A stretch of DNA of 64,000 bases from Chiloscyllium plagiosum (lineage: Eukaryota): the NCBI RefSeq assembly GCF_004010195.1, contig NC_057719.1, forward strand, positions 55,634,000 through 55,697,999, in the 5' to 3' direction. The notes beneath the pieces are model-generated. The model was not told the DNA's origin. It ran no database searches and saw only the letters and a program-made list of their open reading frames with translations. This document shows, piece after piece, positions 24,003-37,179 of this stretch. The position numbers were made by a program, and so were the translations under genes. Each line of letters starts with the position of its first letter. Within the stretch, counting starts at the first letter, position 1.

Positions 24003-24852
24003 GCCTCCTCATCTCACGATGGTAATCCCTAATCGCCACATTTGAATTCCTCAGTCTCCCTCACCTCCCGCCAGAGCAGCAGCCCCTGATAATCCACCCT
24101 TGACTCTGAGTATTGCAATGAGGGTGAGATTCTGTAGAAATAAAGGTGATAATGAGTAATAATCCCCATTAATAGGCTTCTGACTGCTCCCTTACAAGAA
24201 TCTCATTTCAAATGTCCAGGACTTTTTTGGTCTCGACATTCAGAAAGGCCATATTCAACATCTCACAAGATTGTCACAACTTCCTCACCATGTTGTTCAG
24301 GACCTAGGACTATTCCACCCATGGTATTCAAAGAGTTGATTACAGCTTCTGAATTGGGAAAACTGAGAGCCTGGACCTCGATCCACCAAGAATAATACTC
24401 AACCAAGATTAGAAAAACTGTCCACTGAAACACAAATTAGATCAATCCCAAGGCATTGCTGTGGCCTTGCTAGAAAGGAGGAAGCCACAAAATGTTAATT
24501 CTGCTTCTGTCTGTGATGACATGCTCAGGCATGTGCATTTGGAAATCATGTCCTCGAGGCAACGTGAGATACCGGGCCACCGTCCAGATCGCTGTGTCCT
24601 GGTCTGACACATGAAAGTATCTTCTGGAGGATACCCAGACTGAGACCTCACAGGATTGCTAACTGCTCATGTCAGCCAAATGGTCTGGATGTGATGCCAA
24701 TTTTCTTAACACTGCCACAGAATCGAGTTATTGGGGACATTCTCCATCAGACCATCACAGCAGACTGTGTGTATCGGCATGCTTTCTTCATCATGTAGTT
24801 CAGCCTTAAAAGGCAAATGTGAACGGTCAAGGATACAAAGGAAATGTTTATT

Positions 24853-25175
24853 TCATAGAATTCCCACAGGGTGGAAATAGGCCATTAGGCCCAATAAGTC
24901 CACACCAACCCACCAAGGAGTTTCCCACCCAGATCTATTCCCCTATTACTCTACCCTGACTAGCTGACACATCCCTGAACACTACGGCAATTTAGCATGG
25001 CCAATCCATTTAACCTGCACATCTTTGGACTGTGGGAGGAAACCGAAGCACCCAGAGAAAATCCACACAGACACAGGGAGAATGTGCAAACTTCACATAC
25101 ACCAATGGTGGAATTGAACCTGGGACCCTGGCGTTGTGAGACAGCAGTGCTAACCACTGAGCCATCGTGCTCCCC
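24853..25175 (-). mobile_element. V-SINE (HE1-like)
   Basis: Reverse complement of the head, V-domain and CR1 tail (TTTGGACTGTGGGAGGAAACC, AATGTGCAAACT, GCAGTGCTAACCACTGAGCC). Confidence 0.9.
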
Positions 25176-25199
25176 TTAAACAAATATCTTGAACAAACC

Positions 25200-26398
25200 T
25201 TTTGTCTTTCTTGCCTGTGCTATTACTGCACTGTGATGTTTGATAGGGCATTAGCAGCATCCTGTTGATTCCTTCTACATATTCAGTGACTGTGTTCATA
25301 CCACATCAGCTGCAATCAAAATCTTTGGATCCTCGGAGGCAGCTTTCAACCTCTTCTGTGTTTAAAAAGATTACCAGTGGCTTATGGTAATTCTCAATTT
25401 TAATCGGTAGGCTTAGGATATAATTAGAGAATTTCTTTGCACACCCGCATCACTGCAAGCTCTTTTTTTCTCAGTAATGGCATATCTTTACTCTGAGTAG
25501 TAAGAATGCTGAAAGTGTAGTAGACTGCTCATCAGTCAATCCATCATTTTGAACCTAAAACGAGAGCGCTGTCAGACCTCTGGATGATGCACTCTCCGTT
25601 ACTATAGCTGGAAGACTAGGATCATAACACACAAGAATCTCAAATGAAATGTAGCTGGTATTTGCAAACAGTGGTTTGATCTTTTTGTTCCTTGTCTTTG
25701 ACAAATGCTGTTGATGTTCAGTCCAACACCATGACTTCAAGAGCTACCTCAGAGGCTCATTAATTTGATCTCATTGAGGTAAATGTTTTCCCACCTGGTT
25801 CACAATTCTCATAAAGCGTTGAGGCTTTGCAATTTTTCTGGGTGGTGGAAAACTCTGGATGGCTTCCCTCTGCTCATCATCTGCAGGAATGCCATGATCC
25901 CAGTTACCTCGAAAACATGGCACAAAAATTGAAACACCACCTTTGAGAATTCACACCTGTCATTGAGAGTCAGCTCAGCACACCGTAACGTTCCTCAGGT
26001 CTTTCCTTACTCAGCCATCATGTTGGACTTTAGTGGGCCCATCAATGAGAATATCATCAGTGTGGCATACGATATTTTCTGTAACTTCTAGTGTGTTGAA
26101 TTTCATCGATTATAAAATCTCGTTTATGGACATAATGCCAAAGGGTGGATTATTAAAACAGTAATGCTATAGGATGTTAAGAATGTGTTCAGCAGTTTGG
26201 AGCATTTCTCAAGGGGAAGCCGCAAGCAGATTCCCAGTTTAATGAATGGTCTGCTGTTTTCAGGTTCAGCCATGATCCTGTCTCAGACATCATCCAGATA
26301 TCTCTCATTCTATTACCTTGGCCAGAGAGTTAAGTCAACACAGATTCTCACGCAGCCATTCAGTTCAGAAACTGACACCATAGTAGAACACCATGTGT
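25200..26398 (-). pseudogene. Gypsy (Metaviridae) LTR-retrotransposon pol relic, RT and RNase H
   Basis: Minus-strand motifs in order: WCSTMV..NGCVRICVDL, PFGIMS, VCHTDDILI (~26043-26070), W.WTEHQQ..YDPSLP..SASSRGLTAL, YHKPLV, RIQRF..LMWY; many stops and frameshifts; no LTRs seen. Confidence 0.85.
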
Positions 26399-27354
26399 AA
26401 AGACCATGAGCAGAATCTTACAGTAGTCTGAGTGATGTGGACTATACCTATATTTATTTATGAGATGCGATGTCTAACAAGGCCTGTCACAATATCGGAT
26501 ATATCTCATTCCTTTTCTCCTGCCTTTGACAAGTATGTGCTGAGTTTCTCACTCGGCAGCAGTGAGTTGCCAAGAAAGAGGACTGATGCTTGTTGCTGCA
26601 GCAGGGTCACTTAGTGAGCAAGGGTAGGCACCCAGCTCAAAGACTGGACCAGAGCTGCACCTCAGGGCTGCTCTCTAAGTGTAAATTAGCAGAAATCAAT
26701 CAGTACGACTCGATAGGCTGAAGGGCTTCTTCTGTACTCTATGATTTGCACTTGCCTGCCTTTCCTTTCAAAAGACCAAAAACTGGGGAGTTCAAGGCTG
26801 GGGCAAGAAAGCAGATCTGTTTAAGAAGTGGAGACAAAGACAGGGGTGAGGCTGCATCTCTGGGTGTATGGGGGTTAGCAGTTCACAGCCGAGTGCGTGG
26901 GAGGCTCCAGGACTGGGAGGTTAATGGCAGTGACCACCAAAGGGGGAGTGTAGGGGGCCAGGCAGGGTACCATTAAGGTTTAATTTTAGGGCTTACGGGG
27001 CAGGGAGGACAGTTGGAGGTAAAGTCCAATGTGGTAGGTCTCAACCTGGGGGGAGTGGGTGGACATTGGCTGTCAACATAATGAAAGGTAAAAGAAGACA
27101 CAGAGATTCTGCAGGTGTACCTGGCAAGACCCGGTGCTTGTGGTGTGGTGTCCACCATGAACTTTGTTTGCTGCCATCACTTTCCAGTCTCTAGAGGTGA
27201 AGAGCTATCTGAAAATGGCTGGAGTCAGAGTCAATTTAATAGGCAAAAACACAGGCTCCATTTTTGCTGGACACTCAGACTTTGAAGGAATAACTACATC
27301 CAGTTCACCGCCCCTTTGCTATGCATGTAGTGTGAAGGTGCTAAGCAGTCACAT

Positions 27355-27443
27355 TCCTGAAGAAGGGCTTATGCCTGAAACATCGATTCTCCTTCTCCTT
27401 GGATGCTGCCTGACCTGCTGCGCTTTTCCAACAACACATTTTT
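27355..27443 (+). mobile_element. Solo PLE terminal repeat (family A) starting at the hammerhead
   Basis: TCCTGAAGAAGGGCTTATGCCTGAAACATCG; TSD CAGTCACAT at 27346-27354 and 27444-27452. Confidence 0.88.
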
Positions 27444-27749
27444 CAGTCACATACTGGTCAAAGGTGATTTTCACCATGCCATTGGTGCTTACAAATGTAA
27501 CATTAGTATCTCCGTTGTGCTGAGGTTAGCAGCACTAACATTAAATAAGACCAGTGCTAACCAAAGGTGAAGCATAATTATGCAACTCCCAAAGGTGCTG
27601 TGGGAGGTATGTACCATCACTTCATCATCTGTCATGAAATGCTGGTGTCTGTACTGGATGCAGTGAGAAGCTGAATGGTTGTGCTGGGTCTGGGATGGGA
27701 AGGGGGTCAGAGCAGAGCAGACACTCTCACTTTTGATATATTTTGCTAG

Positions 27750-28830
27750 ACATTGTGCCAGTATGGCATTCTCACCAAATTACTGCAGAGACTGAGCATG
27801 ACTGTGGATGGATTATGGAGAAATGGCCTTCATTATTGGAGTGCAGCATGTCTCAGTACATGGAGAAGCATGCATAGTCCTCACTTGCAGCTGATAACAT
27901 CTAAAAACCTCTTTCCCTCCTTGTATTGCTATTTCAGAACATTTTCTCCAAGAGCCCTATGCCTAGCCACTGTGACTGCCTTTTGAAGAAGGTGAAGCTG
28001 GATGTTCGAGGACCAGGGCTGACAGCAAGGGCCAGGAGTAGAAGTTACAGGGACATAGCCCCTTAGAATGGGGTGCACAGAAGACCCAGAGTCTCTTTGT
28101 ACCAAATTCATTTCCGAGGGTTGATAAAGATACGGTATTGACATAGGCTCTGCATGTCCTGGAACACTTTGATGGAACGATATTAGATACAGGAGTGCGA
28201 CCTGAGGAATGCAGAAATGGGAAACCTGGTGGCTCTGAAAGTGGCAGCCACTCTGAACCTCAATGCTATGACACCTTCTAGGGAGCGACATGTTACCTGT
28301 GTGAGGTCTGTCAGTTGTATGTCTTGCATCAGAATTTCCTGCAGTCTAGATGGGGTCCACTTCCAACTGTTCTCGCCATCTCGAGAAATTTGTAAAATGG
28401 CAGTTTGTGCCTTTCCTGTACCTTATCCCCAATTCTGCTCCAATGTGGTTTTGATTCTGCAGTGTTTAGAGTGACTATTTCTGTACGTGTCTGAGGCCCT
28501 GTATCATCTGGATGAGTTAGGGCAGAATTCCTTCCTTGAATACCTTAGTATGTGTTGTCACAAGCTAAGATGCCACACTGATTAAAAAAGTTCTTTCACA
28601 ATCAAGGACTGCAAGTCAAAGTCCATCTTCCACAATTTGGCAGATTTGTTTAATGGTCAGATTGGCCCTTAAAGTCCTCTGTCACTGCTTTTCAAGCCTA
28701 TCTCTGTCTCCTGTGGTTAGATCACTGGGTGGGCCTCATCTGTCACCTGTGGCATTATATGTTGCCTGGCAACACTTCCAGCTCTCCATGCCTCTTGGCT
28801 CCAGTTCCTTGGGTCTGGTTACTATGGTCA
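27750..28830 (-). mobile_element. Old Tx1/L1-clade LINE 3' region relic
   Basis: Degenerate similarity of ~28400-28820 to the Tx1 segments at 53250-53720 and 48760-48890. Confidence 0.4.
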
Positions 28831-30129
28831 TCAAGTAGTAAGATCAAGGGAGCAGCCATTGATTGGCTTCAATAAACATAACCATACACAAAAAATATTA
28901 AAAGCAGATAGCTCAGAAAACACAGGTCCCTGTTCCATGTGATCGGACATCAAATTGACACAGTGCTTTATGTACAAGCTCAGCAGGTATTTTGATGGGA
29001 AAAATGTAGTTACCTCTTTACTCCACAATAAGGACCAGAGTTGGCAACCTAATTAAAGTTAAACAAAGTTACTTTGCATTGTAAGTGGAATCTATATAAT
29101 GAAACCCACAAAATGCTGTAAAATTACTGTCAAACCACAATGAGTCTTTAGGATTTTAATATTGCTGTAAATCATGCAGGCTTCTGCTAAAATAATCCCT
29201 ATTCTCACAATCGGGTACAATGCTTCATAAAGGCATATTTTCCAATTAATTAGATGCTAACATTATGAAACGTAATAAACTATCAAATAAATTGTTCAAA
29301 TAAATAAACCAAATATTTAAAAATCAAGATAATCTAAATTACATATGGCCATAGTGAATTCAGCCAGTCGCATTCAATAATGCCAAGTGCTTATTGGTAG
29401 TCTTCAATAACATAATTAACTGCCTAAATTAAGTGTTTGGATTGCTGCTGTCATTAAATATAGATGTCTCCCAATAAGCAAGAGAGTTGTTAGTGTGTCA
29501 GATCCAGTTAAATGTCAAGTTCTTACAAATATTGCAACTGTTTCCATTTGTTTTGAAAGGTAGTTTCACTTATCTGGAAAGGTGCTATTTGCAAAGGTGC
29601 TATTTTATTCTTTAAAATACATTCAGTTATTCTACTAAACAAAGCCGATCAGAAGTTCTTCTTTAAGCCCTGACACTGCTAGTACAGTGACCATTTATTC
29701 ACAGTAATTGTCTGGTGTTAGCTGAAGTATCTGCTGCTACCAGCCTAAATTCCACAATGATTAAAAAGCTGGAGAGACTGTGTAACAGTCAAGGAATGCA
29801 GGAATATTATCCAGAAATCGCTGGAGGGAAGGACGTAAGCTGGTATTGCTTGATAAAAAGATTGCCTCACAATTACAATCTGAATTAGCAAGGCCCAGGG
29901 GCATAAGTACAGATATGAGAAGCAAAGGACAATGGCTAACTTGACACAACAGTACATTTTGCTGAGAAAACTACAGGCAACTCTGTATGCTAAATTGCTT
30001 CACCTCAATGGAAGAAAAAAGCAATTCAAAGAAGAAAAATACAATCAAATACTTAAAGGTGAGCTTCAGCAAAAATACATTCAAAAAAGAATTAAATTAT
30101 ATAATGTCAACACTACCACATATTATGCC

Positions 30130-30790
30130 TCATAAATAATTTGGTGATGGGCTTTGAGGGGAAAAGTCTCTAAATTTGCAGATGAGTAGTGAATTCTGAG
30201 GATGATGCATGGATGACTTCAGAGGGACACTGAAAAGTTGGCAAAATGGGCAGACACCTGGCAGATGAATTTCAATGCCGAGAAATGTGAAGTGATAGGT
30301 TTTGGTAGTAGAAACATGGAGAGAAAATACAAGCTCAATTGTGCAAGTTTCAGGAGCAGAGAGGGACCTTGGGGTTCACATGCATAATTCTCTGAAAGTG
30401 GCCAGACAAGTTGAAACAGTTTTTAAAAAGGTCTTTGGGATCCTTGGATAAGTTTAACAGGGCGAAGAAGAATATTCTATTTCCACTAGTTGGTATGCCA
30501 GTAACTAGGGACCATAATTTCAAGATTGTCAGCGAGATAGCCAGGAGTGAGATGAGAAGAAATTTCCTTACTTAGAGAATGGTAAGGATTGGGAATGTGC
30601 TGCCTGGGAGAGTGGTGGAGGCAGAATCCAGAGAAGCTTTCAAAAGAGAGCTGGATATAAATTTGAAAGTGATGAATTTAGAGGGTACAGAGATAGGGCT
30701 AGAGAATGGAATTAGTGAGGTAGCTTTTTCAGGAGCTGGTACAAACATGATCGGCCAACTAGCCTTTTATATAGTGTAAAGTTCTATGAT
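30130..30790 (+). mobile_element. CR1 3' fragment with internal deletions
   Basis: SKFADD, WQMNFNAEKCEV, W(N)VLPGRVVEAESREAFKRELD motifs; tail GTTCTATGAT. Confidence 0.85.
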
Positions 30791-31074
30791 ATTACGGCTA
30801 ATATTAGAGTTTGGATTTGAGCATTGCAAAGACTCAAATCTTACAGAAGTAGCCAGGACACAGAGGGAAGCTTTCCTTGAACCTAGAGGCCATCTAAAGG
30901 CTAGATATAGATGGCACTGATGAAAGCCATTTCCTGCTACACCTGTCACGTTACAGACATAAATAGACTGTATTCAGAGTATGCTCAACATACACAAAAA
31001 ATGATGTTCACATAAATTATTCACTCAGTTTATTAAAATATTTATCATATTCTGAAAACCATTGATTTCCTTTA

Positions 31075-31175
31075 TTCTGATGAAGAGTTACCCACCTCAA
31101 AACATTAACTCTGCTTTCTCTCCATAGATGCTACCAGACCTCCTGAGTTTCTCCAGCAATTTCTATTTTTGTTTC
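31075..31175 (+). mobile_element. Solo PLE terminal repeat (family D) starting at a degenerate hammerhead
   Basis: TTCTGATGAAGAGTTACCCACCTCAAAACATTAACTCTG..GATGCTACCAGACC..CAGCAATTTCT; related pieces at 19215-19300, 41388-41492 and 53175-53248. Confidence 0.65.
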
Positions 31176-31294
31176 CATCAATTCCTTCCCCATAAATACT
31201 TCTGCCATTTGTTGCTTTGGTACAGGCTATTTCAGTGCTGCTAGTGGGCTGGAACTCTGGTTAGAGAGGGTCAGGCATTGAATTGTGGGAAAAG

Positions 31295-31440
31295 TTGGAT
31301 GCTCTGGTTTTCTCCCACAGTCCAAAGATGTGCAGGTCAGGTGAACTGGCCATACTGAATTACCCTGTAGTGTCCAGAAATGTGCAGGCTAGGTGGATTA
31401 GGCATGGTAAATGCAGGGTTATGGGATGGGTGGTATGGGG
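31295..31440 (+). mobile_element. V-SINE internal fragment
   Basis: GCTCTGGTTTTCTCCCACAGTCCAAAGATGTGCAGGTCAGGTG. Confidence 0.8.
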
Positions 31441-31989
31441 GAGTGATATCTGTAAATCAGGAGCTACAAGGGAAAGAGGAATTCAGGGAGATTATAATCT
31501 CACTATATGTGTACCTCCAGTCCACAAAACAGCTCCAGGGGTTGAAGAGATGCATCCCGCAGCCATCCAAACATTCTGGGAAATTTGTCCTGACATTGAA
31601 TGGAGGAAGAAGAATCATCATCAGAACAGGCTTTACTGTTGGTGCTGAATTTAAGAAGCAGCCTGAAAACTGAGGAAAACACATGTCGATGGTTACTCGC
31701 TGCTATAATCCATGAAATTGAGTTGGGAAGTTGGGAGCAGCTGTGGATTTTACTGTCAGAACTAAAATTCCATGGAGAATGCAATATATAAGAAATATAA
31801 AAACAATTTTTCTTCTCATTTCCCACAAAAAGAAAATTGGTCAATTATGTGCTTTTTACAATTACAGTTTAAAAATTTGAAATGTTGATGAGTCATTCTT
31901 TCAGCTGGTAACTCTATGTTAAAATCACTGCTTTAAAGTTAGCAGTGACTACCAATAGTAATAGTAGATAGTAACATTACTTAAGAAAG

Positions 31990-32465
31990 CATATGCTCAC
32001 ATTGAATACAATACTGAGTAAGTTTATGAGGTTGATACCTGAGATGAGGGGGTTGCCTAGGATAGCTTGAGCTGGGTGGGCCGATACTTAAAGAATAATC
32101 TTATTGAGAGAACTTATTGAAACATGTAAGATTCTGAGATTGAAACATGTAAGATTCTGAGAAAGCGCGACAGGATAGATGCTGCAAGAATGTTTCCCTT
32201 TAACAGAAACTTGCAAAACCTCAAGGCCAAGGTAGTAGATGCATGGGAACATCAAATATCTGTGAGGTCCCTTTCACTTTCACTGGGTCAAAACTCAGGA
32301 ATTCCCTTCCTGACAGCACAGCGAGTGTCTTTATATTCTTCTTCCCCCCCACCATCCAGGAACTTAATGGATCAAGAAATTGGGTCATCATCACCTTCTT
32401 GGAGAAATAGGAATGGGTAACAAATGCTGGCCTCGTCAGCAGTGTTTACATCTGATGAATGAATA
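31990..32465 (+). mobile_element. CR1 fragment (~31990-32215, with 23-bp tandem duplication at 32116-32161) joined to a 3' fragment of the single-ORF LINE (~32220-32465)
   Basis: ATTGAAACATGTAAGATTCTGAG x2; GGAATGGGTAACAAATGCTGGCC tail. Confidence 0.65.
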
Positions 32466-34039
32466 TAAACTAAAAGACTGGAGCAGTCAAACGGCCCATT
32501 CCAGCTCCTATTTCTTATGTTCCTTACATACTAGTGTTCTTCCGTTTTTCACAAGAATACATTCGATAAGAAAATGGATCAAGCGATTCAGTTGATGATA
32601 GCAAAATTCATCTTGAGAATCAGCCACATTGGAAGGCTGCCAGGCCATATCCACTCTGCACAATGTTCAAACCCACTTTAGTCCCCTGAAGAAAGCAGGA
32701 TAGTGTACAGCATAATCGGTTTTGAAAATGTTTCCATGCACATGTGTGAACTATTGAGGAAATTAAAATTAAGATCACAGATGAAGCATTTCAAATAATT
32801 AGCTGCGTTTGAGATCATATAAAAAGGATGTTTGATTCTTCCTATCACTCCTAAAATTCAGACAATGAGAACTCTGACAACTCAGCTTTAACAGTGAATC
32901 CTGTGAAAGTCGAGAGAGTTCTCACTAAACCTATGGCGCTAATTATAATGTGCTCCAATAAGATTGCAAGGATATCCTCTGCGTTTTCATTATTTAATGT
33001 CATGTTTGCCTGTTAATGATGACCTTGAGGAAGCTTTCATTACTACACAAAATAATGTTTTTAAATTGTGGAAACAATGCCAAAGTAACACTGTTCTTTT
33101 AATCAAATTTGACAAAACATTTCAAGACTATTGTCCAAAGATTGGTATGAAACACTGGCAGTACAAATGCAGAATAAAATAAATCAACCAGGATTGTGTT
33201 AAATGAATCCATGTCCTTGATTTACTAACTCTATTATTTTCTACACATTCACTCTAACTGAGAATTGTTGGAAAATTTCTTCGCTTGATTTTGCACTGGT
33301 GCAAATAGTGAAATTGGATGTAAAACACATTTATATTCGGAGAGCTAATGGTCTGACTAATTGTAAATGTGATTTTGATCAATCTCCTCACTTGAAATTA
33401 CAATCCAATACCATTGCAACATCACGATTAAACAACTTCTGCTTTCAAAAGTGTGATAAAATAATCTAATTCAAAGTAACACAAATTTGTCAAAGCCATT
33501 AGACTATCTTGCTTGTTCTTCACACCTCTGATGCAGAAATGCACTTCAAGCCAATTATTTTTCCTCAGCCTGCAAGATATAACACAATATCTTTTTTAAA
33601 CAGCTGTCCTTGCTGAGTTCTAGGCAATTTCATCAAACATTAAAATCTGAAAACAGTGTGGAAAAAATATATTTTCTTTCCCTCACAAGGACTGTAAGGT
33701 TAACACAGGGCCAGTCCGAATTGAAGGTGGAATTTAGTTCCCTCCCTCATAGCACATGTGTGAAAGGATGGAAATCAGATACAGCTGGAGCAGTGGGGAA
33801 GGGGAGCAGGGAGTGAATTTTGTGAGGGTGTGACTTCCATCCCTTGGGTCATGGATAGGCCCTTCATCTGAGCAGCAGACCCATTCTAAGAACTGTGACA
33901 CCAGCCATTTGCTGGTTCTCCAATAGCAATGGAGAAACCCAACAACTCCATTAAAAAAAAGGCTACAAGTGTCTTTCCAACCATTTCAGGAATGAGATAT
34001 CAAAAAGGCAATTTCTTTTTCTTTTCTTAAGTTAGAGAT

Positions 34040-34605
34040 TTTGTTTATGGGATGTAGGTGTCACTGGCTGGCGCTGCATTTATTGCCCATCCCTAGTTGC
34101 CCTTAAAAAAGGGTTAGTGAGCACTTCTGGAACAGTTGACGTCCATCTGGTATAGACACATCCACAACGATGTTAGGAAGAGATTTCCAAGGTATTAACC
34201 GGGGGATAATACAGTTCCAATTTAGGATTGTGTGTGTTTTTAAGGGGAGCTAGCAGGTAGTGTTGTACCCTTGTCATTCCAGCTGGTGGAGGCTGTAGCT
34301 CTGAAAGAGTCTGCAGAAGACGTCTTGGTGAGTTGCTGCAGCATACCTTGTAGATACTTCACCTCGATACCACTGCATCAGTGGTGGAGAGACCAAATGG
34401 GTGGATGGGTACTAGTCAGGTGGACAAGATGGTGTCAAGCTACCCAAGTGCTTTTGGAGCTGCACTTGTCCAGCAAAGTGAAGAATATTTAGTCACATTA
34501 CTGATTTGTGCCTTGTAGATGGTGTCCAGGCTTTGGGGAGAGTGGGGAGATGGGGTCATGAGGAATGTTACTCATCATGGAATTCCTGGTCTTTGATCTG
34601 CTCAA
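34040..34605 (-). mobile_element. 3' fragment of the single-ORF LINE family
   Basis: GTCACTGGCTGGCGCTGCATTTATTGCCCATCCCTAGTTGCCC and TGTGCCTTGTAGATGGTG match 37200-37720. Confidence 0.8.
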
Positions 34606-37179
34606 AGTCCTAATTAACATTAGAGGATATGTCTTCATCAATTTAATCTGGCACAATCACCTTGTTTGAGAGAGAGCCTGTTTGTACTTTTATCAGTTCT
34701 CAATTAGACATAATAGCCAATATTGCATAGGAGCACAATAAGAATGTTGGCAACCATCAGCAGCAACCAGAGCTCCTGAAATTAATCTCCTTACTACCAG
34801 ACCATAGATGGGGTGAAGGAGTAATTCAGTGACACCAACAGTAGACATGGCACTTGTAAACTCAGCAGTCTATTGTTGATTTAAATGACTTGAACATTTG
34901 AAATTAGCTTACTTAAAAGAAAATCCAACTAAGTGTGTGGCAGTAAACTTCAGTCAGAATACTGTTATGTTTAGAATATGTAAATAGAGGTAATCCATTT
35001 TTAGAATTTTCACCTTACTCTAATTCTGTGGAATGATTAATCAGTGTTTATTGTGGAGTTCCACCTTTAACATTAGTATCCTATCAAGCTGACTATTGAT
35101 ATTTTCATTATTAGTAGCTATTCATAGGTTTCCAATGTTGTTTACAAGTTGAGAGGTAAAGACACTTTAATGTTGCAAAGGTGTTAGGAAAAGAATTTCC
35201 CCACTGCTGTGCATGCTCCATTGCAACCTCTTTTCCAAGTGTGTGACAAAGCTCAATTGATGTATATAAATAAGGTTTCTTTGTTCCTCCAGCAAAGTAA
35301 TTGACAGCTTTTCAACCTCAAGAGAGTATCACAAGTGTGACCATTTCCAAAATTTACAATCCTGAGGAGGTGGTTCGTAGTTCATCACTTGCTCTGGGAG
35401 CAGGCTTTAGTTGAGTGTGGAGCCAGGCAATTGCCAAGGCTTGCCACTTGTTGGCCCTTGTAATATACAAATTGATGACTGCATTGAACCAAATGACTAC
35501 AGAAAGATTGAACACTCAGCAATATATCTTTAATAAGGGATACACAAAGACAGAAATGACCTTTCTTATGTGGCACTATTTCATTTGGATATTGGAAATC
35601 TGGAACACTCTTCAGTTGGTCCACATATATTGTGAGCACAGCTAATATTTACAAAAGAAAAGCTGGACTTGAAATGTGATTCTTTTACTCTTTGAGAGTT
35701 CCTTGTGGCAAATATCTCATCTCTTGACTAGTGAGTCCTAAATGTGCAAATGTGGCACAGTAGGTCCTTTCTTTTGCATTATGCTACTTCTTACAGATTA
35801 CATATAGAAGGCACAAGTATTCCATGGTGCTGAAGATTTTGTTTTAAATTGTCCTCAAGTTAATCAATTAGTCTGGCATTGGTAATTCAATAGATCTCCA
35901 TGGGTGAATTGTTGATGGGGCGGAGAAAACAGTTGTGTGTAAGTGCACTTCTGGGTATGAGAAAAGGATTTCAGCAAAATTGGAAGGTCAGCACTAATGG
36001 CTTTAGATACTTAATACCTAAAGCAGTCGTAAAGCTCTCAGCAGAACTTCAATTTTATACTGACAATGTTTTCTCTCTTATCTCAATTAAACTATTCTGA
36101 TTGCCAATGGCTTGTGTTACATAAACACTGAAATTTTTGTTCATGTGTAACAAAGGGATGTCATGCCCAGCAGGGCAATTACAAGGAAAGGATATGCACT
36201 GCTTTTAGCTTTTCCAATTGTCAACCTTGAATTCCATCTGGTGTGGTGAGATTAACTTCAATTAGTCTCAAGCAATAATTTGCCGTTATCATGCTTTATA
36301 ATCAATCATATGTTTCTTCCATGATCCATGCAGTACAAATGACTTGAAATCAAAACTGATTTGCCTAATCACCAGGAATTTGATATTTTTTGAAACTCTC
36401 TTACTTATACAAGTAATTATTGAACAACTAGTGCATAATGTACTTAAAGATCTTAAAGAGCTGCTGATTACAGTACATTTAATGATTTCCTAATAAGAGG
36501 GTGAGAAGGAAATGGCGCTAAAGGTTGAGGATATTCTTCAGTATAAAGTTCTTCACAAAAGATGTGCACTTATTTGGACCAGTGGTACATTCCTGCCCTT
36601 CAGCTTGCAGAGAGAATTAATGCAACCTCACCTGTTTTCAAGATCAAGTTTGGATGCAAAAGTAAGTTACTCCAAGATATTGCCAAAGTAAATTTAGAAG
36701 TGAAAACATATTTTTAATCATCCTGTTCAAATCTATCACTGCATCACAAGAGATCACAGAGGTGAATATGCAGTGTAAAATTGTAGAAAATTTTACCTCA
36801 TTCGAATGTAATTTCAGTAAAACAATTCTATTAAAAAAGAAAATCAGTAATGTTGAACTAACCTCATTAGTAACACTCAACAAAGCATTCAATATAAATG
36901 TGAGGAAAAGTAACATGGAGAAATTAGTGGGTTTAAGCACAGACAGGGGAAAGACCTGTAAAAATGTAGTGCATCGGGAAGTTGTCTGCAAGTTCCTATT
37001 GACTTCTGCATTTGAATACAAAAAGCTGTTTGTCTGGAGTTCTCTCAGGAGAAACAACCTCCCTATCCTAATCACTACTGGAGTGATAATTAACTTTGAA
37101 GTCATAACCATGGGTTGCCAGGTGTCCTGACAGCAAGGCAAGAAACAATAGAGCCGAGTAGAGCTTATTGAGATACACA

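Noticed and set aside
24440..24830. Possible RTE-clade LINE 3' relic or Gypsy integrase
   Set aside because: Similarity is too weak to assign by eye.
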